Source: Octopus bimaculoides (lineage: Eukaryota). Taken from it: DNA of 64,000 nucleotides. Positions 10,507-24,832 of this stretch are shown piece by piece. The notes under the pieces are model-generated. The model was not told where the DNA came from. It saw only the letters and a program-made list of their open reading frames with translations, and searched no databases. The stretch is taken from NCBI RefSeq assembly GCF_001194135.2, contig NC_069006.1, forward strand, positions 17,893,800 to 17,957,799. The letters run 5' to 3'. A program made the position numbers and the translations under genes. The number at the start of each line of letters is the position of its first letter. Position 1 is the stretch's first letter.

Positions 10507-12814
10507 ACCTATCTATAACCATTTCACTTGAAATTATATTGTAATAGCAAATATTTACTTCACACTATTTCTATGACACTCTCATCAGTTTACTTTTCAA
10601 TTAAACATTGCTCTCTTCTCTTCCTCTAAGACATTCCTCAAATACTTTCATCAGCTCCACCATAAATGCAATTCACCCAACCTCATTTGGATTGTCTGGT
10701 TCACCTGATGTACGCCATTTGTCTGAGTCAAGCATCTTGAAATAAGACTTTTGATCCATTTGTTGTTGATCCATTTGTGGTTGACCAAAGACTTGTGAGT
10801 AGATTTATTAGATGGAAATTTAAAAAAGCCCATCACATATGTATATATGTGTGTCTTTGTGTCTGTGTTTGTCCCCCACTACTGCTTGACAACCAGTGTT
10901 GGTTTGTTTACATTCCAATAACTTAGTAGTTCAACAAAAGCAACCAATAGAATAATTACCAGGCTTAAAAAAAAAAGAAAATGTACTGGGGTCAATTTGT
11001 TTGACTAAAAAAAACTCTTCAAGGCTGCAGTCCAATGACTGAAACAAGTGAAAGATAAAAGATTATTCTGAATTAGTCATGCACTATCTTGTAGCTCTGA
11101 GATTTCAATGATGTGATTGTATACTTTTAGAAATGACATAGTAGGTAGGTGTAAGAGGCCTGATCTAGCCAGTTTGAGTATAGAACATGTGGAATATTTG
11201 GGCCTGAAATGTCTTGTACAAATGCCAAAGAGTTATGCAAAGGTCATCTAAATTAAAACCCTAATCAAAGAATTTTAATTGTTTTTTTTCTTCTTTTTGT
11301 TTTGACTTAATTCTTTACCAAAACACACCGTAGCCCCACACCCGGTCCCCTTCCTTTCCAGTAAACCCTTTTGGTGCATATAGAACTAAAAATCATTTAT
11401 TTCCAAGTGCAAAATCTTTTCTCTTCCTTCTGTACTGTACGTCACTCCTTCTCACCCACCCCCGCACTCTGCTTCCACTTAAGCTGAAGAGGAGGCACTC
11501 ATTTTTCATTTTTTAAAATTGTGTTTACAGCTCACCACTCCAGTTCCTGTTTTGAGCATAGACAAATAGCATTTGTTTTTGATTCCTGTTGGTATTTTTA
11601 ATCTGCTAATACATCTATTATTATTATTATTATTATTATTATTACTACTACTACTATTACTACTACTTGATTATTTCAAGTACTCACAGCTCTTAGGAAG
11701 TCTTACTATCAAAAAAGATATCTCAGCTGTTGNNNNNNNNNNNNNNNNNNNNNNNNNNNNNNNNNNNNNNNNNNNNNNNNNNNNNNNNNNNNNNNNNNNN
11801 NNNNNNNNNNNNNNNNNNNNNNNNNNNNNNNNNNNNNNNNNNNNNNNNNNNNNNNNNNNNNNNNNNNNNNNNNNNNNNNNNNNNNNNNNNNNNNNNNNNN
11901 NNNNNNNNNNNNNNNNNNNNNNNNNNNNNNNNNNNNNNNNNNNNNNNNNNNNNNNNNNNNNNNNNNNNNNNNNNNNNNNNNNNNNNNNNNNNNNNNNNNN
12001 NNNNNNNNNNNNNNNNNNNNNNNNNNNNNNNNNNNNNNNNNNNNNNNNNNNNNNNNNNNNNNNNNNNNNNNNNNNNNNNNNNNNNNNNNNNNNNNNNNNN
12101 NNNNNNNNNNNNNNNNNNNNNNNNNNNNNNNNNNNNNNATATATATATATATATATATACACACACAGACACATACATACATCCGTGTGTGTAAATATAT
12201 ACTCAGACACACGCACATTCATCATTTGTGTCTCCTCCCTCCCTTCCAGATCAGATCATATAATGGACCCAATCACAGCAATATAGTTTTGCAAAGTATC
12301 TGTGCTTGATTCCAGCGTTTTACACACACACGTGTACGCACGTCAGTGCATGCACTTATGTTATTATTGATTAATTAATTAATAATAAAGACAACCGATG
12401 TCTGTTTTTATAGGCAGAACGAACCTCCCAAAATACAATGTAATGTATTATGTATATATGTATGTACATACCTAACATACATGCTTGTGCATGTCTAATG
12501 CCTGTAGGCGGTGGAGAGAAAGAAGAAAAAAAAATCCAGAATATTTATTAGATATTCCTTAATACAAGAAACTGACAGATTTGTTGAAATATAATGTTCT
12601 ACAGAAATTCCTGCCGGCACTGCTGTCATCATCACCATCATCATCTTTGCTATTATGGTAATCTTCACTCATTCACTCACTCACTTCGTTCATCAAGCTC
12701 TGTAACCCTGTAGTGTTGCCTGCTGTGGGAGTCTCTGTGGTCTCTCTTCCACTTATTACCCACTCCCAGCTGACAATCAGCTCTGTGCTCCCCCCCCCAT
12801 CCCCTGCCATCATT

Positions 12815-12848
<34 letters not shown>

Positions 12849-13538
12849 GTATTGTCAACATGCCCCCCCCCCTCTTTTTCTTTTTTGCTTCTTTCATATT
12901 CATTGAATAGCCAAAAACTAATGTTTTCTCTGCACAGCTGTCTCTCCAACTTCTTAAAGCAGCTACCTACCTCCTTCTGTACACTACCTACCCTACATAC
13001 CTACTGGAACCCAAACAGCCCTTTACACTAAGTAGTATAGAACACACTGTCCTCACTGACATACTTCTGCCCCAGTTTTCTCTCCCAGTTCTCCTATTAA
13101 CCTAAATTATTACCTTTCTCTGTCCCTGATGTACTCATTAATTTAGCTAACTCTTCTGAACTTTAAAATTATCTGGTGACCTCTGTTCCAATTATTTATC
13201 ATAATGACCTTCATTGATTTGGACTTAGTAAATCCCTAAGTGTAAAACCTTCAGTCATTTGACCTTTGTCCCATTTCCTATAACAGTCCACACTGACATG
13301 TTAAAATCCTCCTGGATCTGACATCCATCTCAGCCCCTCCCTTCAATGGTATACACTCAGGAGGACTTAATACTCCCAGGGCAAAACCCTCACTGACCTC
13401 TGTCCCTGTCCTTATAACAGTTCACCCTTACATGGACTTCAATAAGACCACAGTGTGAAACACTCAGTTGTAGTTGGTTGGTACTTTATTTTATTGATCC
13501 CAGAGAGGGGCAAACAACAATGTTGACTTCAGTGTGAT

Positions 13539-13762
13539 TTAACTCTTTCACATTTGGATTACTCTGTCAAATATAATGACTATTTATTCACATTGTTTTG
13601 AATTAATCAAGTATTATCTCGTAGCTTTGAGATTTTCATCATGTGATTTGTTTACTTTTAGTATGACATTGTAGGGTTGATGTGAGGGATCTAGACAGTT
13701 TTGAATATAAAGCAGGTAGAATATTTAAGTCTGATATGGTCAGTTTAAATGCTAAAGGATAA
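13539..13762 (-). mobile_element. piggyBac-like MITE family 1
   Basis: TTAActctttcacatttgga ... tttaaatgctaaagga; same orientation as 33009-33236. Other partial copies at about 11050-11235 and 30245-30420. Confidence 0.7.
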
Positions 13763-13909
13763 ATGCATAAAGTAATAAGTTTGGAAGCAACACCATGAGG
13801 TATTTTGTCAGCTGCTCTAGCAATTCTGCCAGTCCGTGAAGGATTTCTAACTGAGGCGTGAATTCACTATTTTTGGAGAGCATGGTTACAGTCAATAATG
13901 ATAATAGCA

Positions 13910-14130
13910 ATAACCCTTTTCCTTTCTGTTATAAGCACAAGGCCTGAAATTATGGGGAAGGGGCCTAGTCAATTACATGGACCCCAATGTTTCACTGGTA
14001 CTTATTTTATTGAACCTGGAAGGATGAAAGGCTAAGTCAACCTCAGAATTTGAACTCAGAGCATTGAGACAGATGAAATGCCGGTAAGCATTTCACCTGG
14101 CATGCTAATGATTCTGTCAGCTTGCATCAT
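13910..14130 (-). mobile_element. SINE-C (tRNA-like head, CCTTTCATCC core, (ATT)n tail)
   Basis: Reverse complement of the ggc.gcgagctggcagaa...gagttcaaattc...tttgcctttcatcc...aagtaccag family. Confidence 0.75.
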
Positions 14131-14139
14131 CATCACCAT

Positions 14140-14356
14140 CATCGTTTAACGTCCACTTTCCATGCTAGCATGGGTTGGACGATTTGACTGAGGACTGGTG
14201 AAACCAGACGGCTACACCAGGCTCCAATCTGATTTGGCAGAGTTTCTACAGTTGGATGCCCTTCCTAACGCCAACCACTCAGAGAGTGTGTAGTGGGTGC
14301 TTTTACGTGCCACCGGCACGAAGGCCAGTCAGGCGGTACTGGCAACGGCCACGCAC
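14140..14356 (-). mobile_element. RTE-type 3' tail element, low-divergence copy
   Basis: catcatcgtttaacgtccactttccatgctagcatgggttggacgatttgactgaggactggtgaaaccag... Other copies: 40057-40197 (+), 41390-41562 (+), 41565-41870 (-), 27990-28220 (+), 26220-26460 (-), 46300-46560 (-), 58300-58440 (-). Confidence 0.85.
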
Positions 14357-15111
14357 CGTAATAATTATAAGAAGAAGAAGAATCATGATGATGATGGTTT
14401 ATTTTAGTGAAATAAAAGTGGGGGTTGGAGGACATTACAATGGCAAATAACACAAAGGCAGTGTGTGAGTTATATTGATTGTGGAAAATCAGCCTGAAAA
14501 ATTACCAATAGAAACTATTACAATCGACTGAAATGGGTCTAATCAGGAAACATCTCAATGCTCAGTCAGAGAACAACCCTATGTTGTTTTGTATATCTCA
14601 GACTGCCCTCACTACCAAAGCACGGTCTCATGACCTCCAGGCTTATATTTCAGAGCAGGCCCCCATTCAATTCACACAAGCCGTGCTCTCTAGCCTTCTC
14701 GTTTTCCTCTTTAAGTGGTACTCGAAGTAATTGATGAAGGCTTGGCTGAAGAGGAAAAAGCACTGTCCTTAGTCCTCTGTGTTGTGTTGCTCACTCACAA
14801 CACAACCTCTTAATGCAGTCTATTTGAATGAATTATAGGTTCATGTTTCATCAGTGCTGACATCACCATCCTACCAACCCCGTCTCCGTTCGCATTGCTC
14901 ACATCTTTCTCGAGTGTCTTGCATTCTTCATTAATATTAGTATGTCATAAAAGACATCAGTGCCCTTACTGAACAGTAGTGCAACCTCTCTCTTGCATCC
15001 TTCTCAGCATATTTCAGAGGTCTTGTAAAAGTGCCACTTGTATACGTGGTACATTGTGTGTGTGTTCTGGCAAAGGGAGAAGGAGTGGTATATATATATA
15101 TATATTATTAT

Positions 15112-15148
<37 letters not shown>

Positions 15149-15528
15149 ATATATAATTTTTACTGCCTACCTACCAAACCATTTCTCTGTAAGTGGGGTG
15201 GGCTTGTGAAGGTAGTTGTAATGAGGTGTTATGCATAACATTACCAAATTACTAGAATTTCTCACCAGTCTTTCATTATAATGTCAACAATTTTAGGGAG
15301 AGAATCACAAGCAATGTGGGAAAAGAGGTATTTGCTACAAGCTGCTTACTTAACCTCAGCTGTTTTCTGGGGCTAAACCCTGCTTGCCTGCCTGTTGTCT
15401 TTCTCTATATGTATGTGGTATAGGAATACTTGTATCTGTTTAATGCAGACTGTCAGAAAAAAAAAAAAGAGTACTCAGTACCATAAAAGAGATTAATGAT
15501 ATACTTTATTCGGGTGGAGTTAGACTTG

Positions 15529-15630
15529 TGCTACTCTGAGTTTTACCTGTGGGCGCACAGAATCTTCAGGCATGTAGTCATAATTTGACTGAAGATTCTG
15601 TGCACCCACAAGTGAAACTCAGAGTAGCAA
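15529..15630. repeat. Inverted repeat: 41-bp arms, 20-nt spacer, 3 mismatches
   Basis: Arms 15529-15569 and 15590-15630 aligned by eye. Confidence 0.9.
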
Positions 15631-15693
15631 GAGCCTGACTTTACAAAATAGTGTGTGTACAGCCTTAGGGCTGAAACATGTTAAAGAATAAAA

Positions 15694-15729
<36 letters not shown>

Positions 15730-16079
15730 GACTGATAGAATAAATGTCAGATTTTAAAGAAAAAAAATAAGTACTGGGGGTCGATGTGTTTGAAATCTTT
15801 CAAGGCAGTTCCCCAGCATGGCCACAGTTCAGTGACTGAAGCAAGTAGCAGAAAATAAAGATAAACATTCTACACACACTTAGATACACGTATCTCCACA
15901 CACACACACACACTTTCTCTCTCTCTCGCTCTCTCTCTCTCCCATATATACCAGCTGCTGACCTTAGATATTAAACCACCATCAGTGTAATCTTGCCTTT
16001 TTAGCTGTTGATTTATGGTTATTTGCAAGAAATGCATACAGCTGGCTATTAAATATTAGCATCTTTATTTTGTCATTGC

Positions 16080-16350
16080 CACATGTCTCAGAGGAAACGG
16101 TCTTGTATTACACCGACCTTCCAAAGGAAACGGTTTTGTCTTATACCAACCTTTTACAGGAAATAGTTTTGTCTTACACTTACCTTCTTCATGAAACTTT
16201 TATGTTACACCAACCGTGCATAGGATTTAGTTTTATACTGCATCGACCTTGCAAAAGAAATGATTTTGTCTTATACCAAACAATGCACAACTTAAAGTTT
16301 TTGAAAGTTTCTGCAAATACTACGCATCAGTTTTGGTGATCTTTTATACC
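16080..16350. repeat. Minisatellite, ~30 bp unit (gaaacggttttgtcttataccaacctt-like)
   Basis: About 8 degenerate units. Confidence 0.7.
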
Positions 16351-17790
16351 AGACCTCACATATTATAGGCACAGGTATGGCTATGTGGTAAGAAGTTTGT
16401 TTCCCAACCACATAATTCCAAGTTCAGTCCCACTGCATGGCATCTTCGGTCAGTGTCTTCTACTATAACCTTGGACCAACCAAACTGAGAGTATCCTGTC
16501 ATATTACGTGCAGGCATGACTGTGTGGTAAGAAGTTACTTCCTATCTGCACCATTCTGGGTTCAATTCCACTGTGTGGCAATTTGGGCTGACCAAAGCCT
16601 TGAATGGATTTGGTAGATGGAAACTGAGAGAAGCTCATCATACATATAGATATAGATATGTTTGTGTGTTTGTGTCCTGCCATCACTTTTCATGAAAAGA
16701 CACGGAGGGACAAAAAATTTGACCATATTTATTTATCTTCTGTCCTTTACTTGTTTCAGTCATTAGACTGTGGCCATGCTAGGGCATCACCTAGAAAACT
16801 TTTTAATCAAGTGAATCAACCGCAGTACTTATTTAGTTTTTTAGGCCTGGTATATATTCTATTAATCTCTTTGCCAGACCACTAAATTACAGTGACATAA
16901 CACACATACACACACATAACTAGCTGCTTGCCCAAGGTGTCACACAGTGAGACTTGAATCCACACTCATGTGGTTGGGGAATAAACTTCTTACCACACCG
17001 GTGCCATATTTATTTTATTTTATTTACTTTGGTGGTAGGTGGCACTTGGTTTTGATCAGTTTGAGAACTACTGTTCTGGATCACTTTTTAAAAAAGCCAT
17101 TCAATTGATTGGCAAAAGACTCACTCTTGGACACATTGTGACCACTGGACAACTGATCTGTTAGTGTCTTCTTCTCTTTGCTTCTTCTGCCATTATACTA
17201 GAGCAGCCTCTGCTCTTCTGAACTAGCAAGATGCCTACTAACTCCCCCCCTCTCTCCTTGACCATCCAGTGCATCCTCTCATCATCCTTATGATGTTTAA
17301 TTCTCACCCAAACCCAGCCCTTCCTCCCCACCACAATGCAGGCCACTGAAATTCAAACTCCACTCCATTGCCCCCACATTGACCTATGAGGCTACTAAAA
17401 GAGGTCGTGAGTACTATTCTCTCCTTTTCTTCTCTCTTACTAATTAATATAAAGAAGAAAGGCAACTTCTTCCTCCTCACTAATTAATATAAAGAAGCAA
17501 AGAAACTCACCCTCCTCCTCTTCTCTAATTAATGTAAAGAAAAAAAGGAAACCCTTGCTAGCAAATGCTTCTCATTTGTCTTTGTTAACGCTAATTACTT
17601 CCATTGTATACAGCCTTTCTACATATATGCACTTTCTTTCTTCTCTCTTCTTTCTCTCTTTCTCCTTATCTCTCTCTCTCTCTCTCTCTCTCTCGCCATA
17701 CTCTCTCCCTTCTCTTTCCTCTTTGCTCTCTTTCCTTATATCTTTCTGTCTCTCTTCCCTACTTTCAGCCAAACTCCTTCCATAGTTGTC

Positions 17791-18280
17791 TGAACCCCTT
17801 TGCCATTTAAACTGGCCTTATTGAGCCCAAGATATTCTGTTTTGTTTTTTATGTTCAAAACAACCAGATCCGGCCTCTCAAACCTACCTTACAATGTCAT
17901 TCTAAAAATAAACAATTGCATCAACAAAATCATTGACACAGCAGTTGTGGGTTGGAAGAGTCCTTGTGACAGGCCCCGCACCAGATAGCTGGACGTGATT
18001 CTGGAAGATCTCCAGGAGCTTCACGTTATTTTGGAGGACGCAGAGGGGCTGGCACAGGACTGCCATTGATGGAGAGCACTAGTGGACCTGGTCAGCTCTA
18101 TGCATGATGATGTCTCTGGGACCACTAACCTGGGATGACCCCAGCCCCGCCAAGCAAGAGCATGAAGCCAAACCAAGTCCTCAAAATCTCAAAGCTATGG
18201 GATAATGCATGATTAATTCAAAACAATGTGAATAAATAAGCAATACATTTGACAGAGCAATCTGAATGCTTAAAGGTCAT
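17791..18280 (+). mobile_element. piggyBac-like MITE family 1 interrupted by a 5'-truncated RTE LINE (17932-18181)
   Basis: The insert translates IIDTAVVGWKSPCDRPRTR*LDVILEDLQEL..DAEGLAQDCH*WRALVDLV (RTE C-terminus), ends in a (caag)-like tail, and is flanked by the direct repeat caaaatc (17925-17931, 18182-18188). Confidence 0.75.
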
Positions 18281-18429
18281 GGCCCCAGTATTTATTTTTC
18301 ATCTCAAAGTCTGCTACCTATTTTATTGGTCTCTTTTTGCCAAACCACTAACTTATGAGGATGTAAACAAACTGACAGCAATTGTCAATCAGTGGTGGGG
18401 GACAAAGACACACACAGATATGTGTGTGT

Positions 18430-18640
18430 GTGTAGACACATGGCTTGGAGGTTAGGAGTGTTTCACTCACAATAATGAAATCGTGGTTTCAATTCTCAGA
18501 CTCGCTTCGTGTTTTGTTCTTGACCAAGACACTTCATTTCGTGTTGCTCCTGTCCTCTCAGCTGTATATGAGTAACCCTGTGGTGGATAGCCTTCTGATC
18601 TGGGAAAATGTTGGCCTGCTTGCCTGGCCAATAGACAATA
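18430..18640 (+). mobile_element. SINE-D (tRNA-like head, ...ttcttgaccaagacacttcatttc.gttgctcc...)
   Basis: Homologous to minus copies at 32750-32990, 51560-51640 and 53675-53790. Confidence 0.6.
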
Positions 18641-20010
18641 CAACACATAGGTAACTAGACACTTTGTTCCTCAATCAACATTACCACATATATATGCCCA
18701 AACTAAACTAAACGGATATGTATGTGTACATTTACACACACACACACATATATATATGTAAACACACACACACACACACACACATTTACATATGTATATG
18801 TGTTTGAAGTGGTGTACAGATATTGTATATTGTGAAAAAGGAGGCAGTCAGAATTTTGTATAATCCTTTATTAGTGCTTTCATTCATTTACAAACTCATC
18901 AAGGAAAAATCAAAATGGTGAAGACAGAACATTTTGTTGTTCATTTATATAAATTGGATGTTTTTTTTTTTGTGTGTTTAGAAGAGGAGAATGCTGGGTT
19001 TTTTGGGGGGGAGGGTTTGGAAAAAGAGAGAAAGAAAAGCAAAGCAGTAGGGAGGAAAAAATATGTATATATATGTGTGTGTGGGTGTGTATGCATCTAT
19101 ATGTATGTGTGTATATATGTATACATGTATGTGTATATATATCTGTATACATACACACACAGCATATTTCATTTAGTTTCCACCTACCAAATCTACTCAC
19201 AAGGTTTTGGTTGGTGCGGGGGNNNNNNNNNNNNNNNNNNNNNNNNNNNNNNNNNNNNNNNNNNNNNNNNNNNNNNNNNNNNNNNNNNNNNNNNNNNNNN
19301 NNNNNNNNNNNNNNNNNNNNNNNNNNNNNNNNNNNNNNNNNNNNNNNNNNNNNNNNNNNNNNNNNNNNNNNNNNNNNNNNNNNNNNNNNNNNNNNNNNNN
19401 NNNNNNNNNNNNNNNNNNNNNNNNNNNNNNNNNNNNNNNNNNNNNNNNNNNNNNNNNNNNNNNNNNNNNNNNNNNNNNNNNNNNNNNNNNNNNNNNNNNN
19501 NNNNNNNNNNNNNNNNNNNNNNNNNNNNNNNNNNNNNNNNNNNNNNNNNNNNNNNNNNNNNNNNNNNNNNNNNNNNNNNNNNNNNNNNNNNNNNNNNNNN
19601 NNNNNNNNNNNNNNNNNNNNNNNNNNNNNNNNNNNNNNNNNNNNNNNNNNNNNNNNNNNNNNNNNNNNNNNNNNNNNNNNNNNNNNNNNNNNNNNNNNNN
19701 NNNNNNNNNNNNNNNNNNNNNNNNNNNNNNNNNNNNNNNNNNNNNNNNNNNNNNNNNNNNNNNNNNNNNNNNNNNNNNNNNNNNNNNNNNNNNNNNNNNN
19801 NNNNNNNNNNNNNNNNNNNNNNNNNNNNNNNNNNNNNNNNNNNNNNNNNNNNNNNNNNNNNNNNNNNNNNNNNNNNNNNNNNNNNNNNNNNNNNNNNNNN
19901 NNNNNNNNNNNNNNNNNNNNNNNNNNNNNNNNNNNNNNNNNNNNNNNNNNNNNNNNNNNNNNNNNNNNNNNNNNNNNNNNNNNNNNNNNNNNNNNNNNNN
20001 NNNNNNNNNN

Positions 20011-20056
<46 letters not shown>

Positions 20057-20098
20057 TATGTTTATATGTGTATATACTGAAGTTCATAGATTTGTGTG

Positions 20099-20137
<39 letters not shown>

Positions 20138-20944
20138 ATCTCTCCCTGGTTGCTAGAGGCATTATCAGTTGAGCTCCGGATTAATATCAAGTGTTCTAAC
20201 ATGGATATAAATAAAAATGCTTAATCTGTTGTTGTTCTATTTTGAATAGAAGATAGGATTACCCGAGCTACTTAAAATAACGACTGCTTCAGTTTGTGGT
20301 GGTGGTGGTGGTGGTGGTGGTTCGTAGAGGTGTTGTTGTTGCCTACTGCATTATTAATGTCACTGAGAGCCAACTGTATAACCAGTTCACCACTTCTAGT
20401 ACTTATTCATAAGTCCACAGCACTAGAGGCCACTTATAGGCAAATCTGGTGCAGTTTATTCCGTACCCATCTGAGAGTTACTTGTCAGCTTAACCTTGGA
20501 ACTGAAATTTCGGCTAATCTACTGACTGTCCTGGTTGCAACTGAGGCCTTTTGTACTCATTTCGGTCTTCGAAGCTGCTGTCTCAATGAAACGGCTTAAA
20601 GGTCATCAACCCCAACGATAGGGAATCTCTTATGCAGTTACATAACCTGCTAGAAGCATTAGTCAAATCTCTCTTAAATCATACTATACATCTCATGTAA
20701 TAATGGAGCCTGAAATATACTACATCTAACACACACATGCACACGCACACACACGATGGGATGGTTATGGTTGGATTGGTGTGATTGATTGGGTGTTTCC
20801 TGGTTGCAGTCATTAAAATTGGTTGTCCAGTTTTATTCTGAATCTGTAGGAATCAAATATTGTTTGACCACAGGTCAGCTCTAAAACAGCTGACTATGCT
20901 CAGAGAAACTCCAACCACAACTGCCCCATCTGATTCATATGTGT

Positions 20945-21685
20945 GTGTGTGGTAAGAAACTTGCTTCTCAATCACACGGTCTTGGGTTCAGTCCCACTGC
21001 ATGCCTCCTTGGGCAAGCGTCTTCTACTATAGCCTTGGGTCAACCAAAGCCTTGTGAGTGGATTTAGTAGGTAGAAACTGAAAGAAGCACATCATGTATA
21101 TATATATATATTTATGTGTGTGCGCCTTTGTGTCTGTTTGTCCTCCCATCAATGTTGGTGTGTTTATATCTCTGTAACTTAGCAGTCTAGCAAGTACTAG
21201 GCTTACAAAGAATAAGTCCTGGGGTCGATTTCTTCAACTAAAAACCCTTTAAGGCAGTGCCCCAGCATGGTCACAGTCAAATGGCTGAAACAAGTAAAAG
21301 ATAAAAGATGAAAAATATAGGCAAAGGTATGGCTCTGTGGTAAGAAGTTTGCTTCCCAACCTCATGGTTCCAGTTCAGTTCCACTGCATGGCACCTTGGG
21401 CAAGTACTCTACTATAGCCCCAGGCCAACCAAAATCTTGTGAGAGGATTAGATAAATGGGATCTAAAAGAAGCCTGCTGTATATGTGTTTGTCCCCACCA
21501 CAACTTGACAATCCAACGTTTGTTTGTTTGTTTGTGTACTTAGCGATTTGGCAAAGGAGACCAATAGAAAAAATACCAGTTTTAAAAAGAATGTAGTGGG
21601 GTAGGTCTGTTCAACTGAAACCCTTCAAGCTGGTGCCCCAGCGTTGCCTCAGTCCAATGACTAAAACAAGCAAAAGACAGAAGAC
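20945..21685 (+). mobile_element. Two head-to-tail SINE-A copies (about 20945-21310 and 21318-21685)
   Basis: Each has head, ccttgggcaag, internal TA/TG tract and ...aaacaagtaaaagataaaagat tail. Confidence 0.8.
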
Positions 21686-22043
21686 ATATTTTTAAACAGG
21701 ACTACATTGTCTAATGAATGAATCCCTTATTTTCAGACAGTAGGGTGTAAATCGAGGAGGATTAGGCTGCCATCTCAGACAGGTCAAACAAACATGTCGA
21801 GGTTTGCTCGGCTTTTTTATGCATGAATCAGATCATTAAATAGTTGTATGATGTCAGACTAACATTTCATTTGTGTGCCTTTTTGTTGGGTTCTGTGACA
21901 ATGTCTGTTGTAGCATTGTGATTCCCATATCAGCTGATGCACCAGTGATCTCCACCATTCAGCATTAATGCATTGTGGAGAGTCTCTTGGTTTATTACTA
22001 TTGCTGCTGTTGTTATCGTTATTATCATTATTANNNNNNNNNN

Positions 22044-22355
22044 GAGTGTTTATTGAGTGAAAACACCTAAAGCTCCACGAGGCTCCGGCAGGGGATGGTG
22101 GCGAACCCTGCTGTACTCTTTCACCACAACTTTCTCTCACTCTTACTTCCTGTTTCTGTTATGCCTGTAATTCAAAGGGGCCAGCCTTGTCACACTCTGT
22201 GTCATGCTGAATATCCCCGAGAACTACGTTAAGGGTGCACGTGTCTGTGGAGTGCTCAGCCACTTGCACGTTAATTTCACGAGCAGGCTGTTCCGTTGAT
22301 CAGATCAACTGGAACCTTCGACGTCGTAAGCGACGGAGTGCCAACAACAACAACA
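22044..22355 (+). mobile_element. SINE-B (OR-like) body and (CAA)n tail; head lost at the 10-N gap
   Basis: Near-identical to 51781-52160; ends gacggagtgccaacaacaacaac. Confidence 0.85.
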
Positions 22356-22719
22356 TTATTGTTATTATGGTTGTTATTGTTAATATTATTATTATTATCT
22401 AAGGCAGCAAGCTGAGAGAATCATTAGCATGCTGATCGAGGGTGCTTAGCAGTATTTTGTCCATCTTTCATATTCTAAGTTTAAATTCGGCTGAAGTTGA
22501 CTTTATCTTTCATCCTTTTGGGTGGGGGGATCAATAAAACAAGTAACTGTTGAGTACTGGGGTTGATGTAATCAATACCCCCCTCGCCTAAAATGCTGGC
22601 CTTGTGCCAGAATTTGGAATCATTATTATTAATATCATTATTGTTGTTGTTATTATTATGAAAGGTTAAAAAAAGTTTCACTGAGGTCAACCTTGTTTTT
22701 AATGAAGACCATATCATAA

Positions 22720-23045
22720 ATCTTCTAAGACCAAGAAATATCTAAATAATACATCATAAATTTAATGATTATGACCACGGTGCATCAAACTCTCACATAA
22801 TAAATTTTCTGTGAGCAAGACACATCTAAATACCACATCGTAAATTTTCTGACTATGACCAAGATGCATCTAGATAACATATAAATTTTCTAAGACCAAG
22901 TTGCATGTAAATACCACATCATAAATTTTATGAATTAGACCACGAAACAGCTGAATAACACATGGTAAATTTTCTATGACCAAGATGTATCTAAATACCA
23001 CATCATAAATTTTCTGACTGAGACCAAGGTCACATCTAAATTTCT
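22720..23045. repeat. Minisatellite, ~40 bp unit (aaattttctatgaccaagatgtatctaaataccacatcat)
   Basis: About 8 degenerate units. Confidence 0.8.
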
Positions 23046-23867
23046 GTGAGAGCTAAATAGCAGCTTATGTTTTAAATTGTTAAAGAGAGAGAGAGAGTGA
23101 GAGAGAGAGAGAGAGTGAGAGAGAGAGAGAGAGACAGACATATGCAGAGCTAAACACAAGCTTGAATCTTAAATCATCAAATTTGAAATGAGATTTCAAG
23201 GCAAGTTGGAGAAAAAAAAAAAAATTTTTTTAAGTGAAGAAAAAAAAAATCAAAAGAAAAAAAGCAAACAAGAAAACATTGATTATAAAAAAACAACAAC
23301 AAAAAACAGTCAAGACAGAAAGATAAATTACAAAAAAATTCCAGGTGCAGCAAAGTGTGTGTGTGTGTGTGGTGGGGTTGGGTGTGTATGGAGATATGAA
23401 AGATAAAGGATGCTATTTTACATAATCTACTGATGAGAGAAAGATAAAAAAAAAATAGGAGGGAGAGGAGAATGCAGGTTTGTAGTAGAGACAGAAGTGA
23501 GGTACTAAAGTGACTACCCCTCACATTTAGAAAGTGCCTTGAGGTGGGGTGTGGAGAGTGCGGTGTTTTCTCTCTCTCTCTACATATATATATATATGTA
23601 TATATATACATATATACACATGCTCATAGAGACACATATATATGCATATATGTGTGTGTGCACATATATATACATATACACACTCTAGCATTAGACACTT
23701 CAGCATATTTCTGCAGAGAGTTTCAGAATAACAAATTACAGCAGTACAAAGATACTGTGATAAAGAATGCTGGAGTAAGATGGCATGTATATGTATGTGT
23801 ATATATATGTATATATATATATATATATATACATACATACACACACACACACAGATGTATGTGCACT

Positions 23868-23916
<49 letters not shown>

Positions 23917-24634
23917 AAGTGAGCTAGAGATTGAAAAACATACTGAAAGATACACACACATACATACATACACTAAAACACACACATAGACACACACTAA
24001 CCCCTCCTCTCCCCCACAAAAAAAAAACCAATAACCAGAAAAACAAAAAAAACTCAAAAAAACAAACAAACAAATCCCTCAAGAATGCAATTATGAAGAA
24101 GAAATATTTCAGTTAATGGTGCCTGACAATAGAATCAGTGGAAAATAAAGATCTTTGTTGGGAAACAACACAGTTATTAGGAAGTAAATTTCTCTGAAAT
24201 ATATTCGTTAGCGCCAATTAAGCAAAAAAGAAGGAAAAAAAAGAAAAAGAAGAGGAAGACATCTCCACCACCACCACCACCACCAACAACAACAACGTCA
24301 AGGCACACTGTTTCATTATTCCAGCAAGCACTCTTCGCTAACTAATATTGTTAATTTTATACTAAGTTCATTAGTTTAAATATCAGTATTTGTGCAGGAG
24401 CTGCCAACTGGGATGGTGCTTCTGTTTATTTTACATGTAGTTTTCGAAAATCGACATGACATCAAAACATGGTAGGAAATGTTGCCAAGAATATTTGCAG
24501 TGCTAATTGTGGGGAGGAGGAGGAGAACTCTTGGAGACAAGAGAAGAAAAACGAAAGAAAGACAGATGGTAGCGTACTTACTATCACAAAGCTTACTGCC
24601 GACTATAAAGATCAGTGTTGCTACAGCTGGCGTG

Positions 24635-24830
24635 TACAAGGGTCTGCTGAAAAGTTCCTGGCTTTGGGTTAATTATGATTTTATTCAACATGTTCTCTCA
24701 CAGATTCACACACTTATTGCATCAATCCTTCAGTTTTTCCAAGCCCTGTAAAAGAACTCAGAAGGTTGAGCCTCCAACCAAGCCTTTTGTAATACCCTTA
24801 AAGCCAAGGACATCTCAGCACCCCTTCATA
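24635..24830 (-). mobile_element. Mariner-derived MITE
   Basis: TAcaagggtctgctgaaaagttcctggcttt ... aaagccaaggacatctcagcaccccttcaTA. Confidence 0.85.
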
Positions 24831-24832
24831 TA

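Noticed and set aside
14533-14820. ORF 14533-14730 and a strong acceptor near 14715
   Set aside because: No convincing donor or homology; the unique sequence may be regulatory but is unsupported as coding.
20294-20599. 101-aa ORF in unique-looking sequence
   Set aside because: Starts in a (TGG)n repeat, with no splice signals or recognisable motif.
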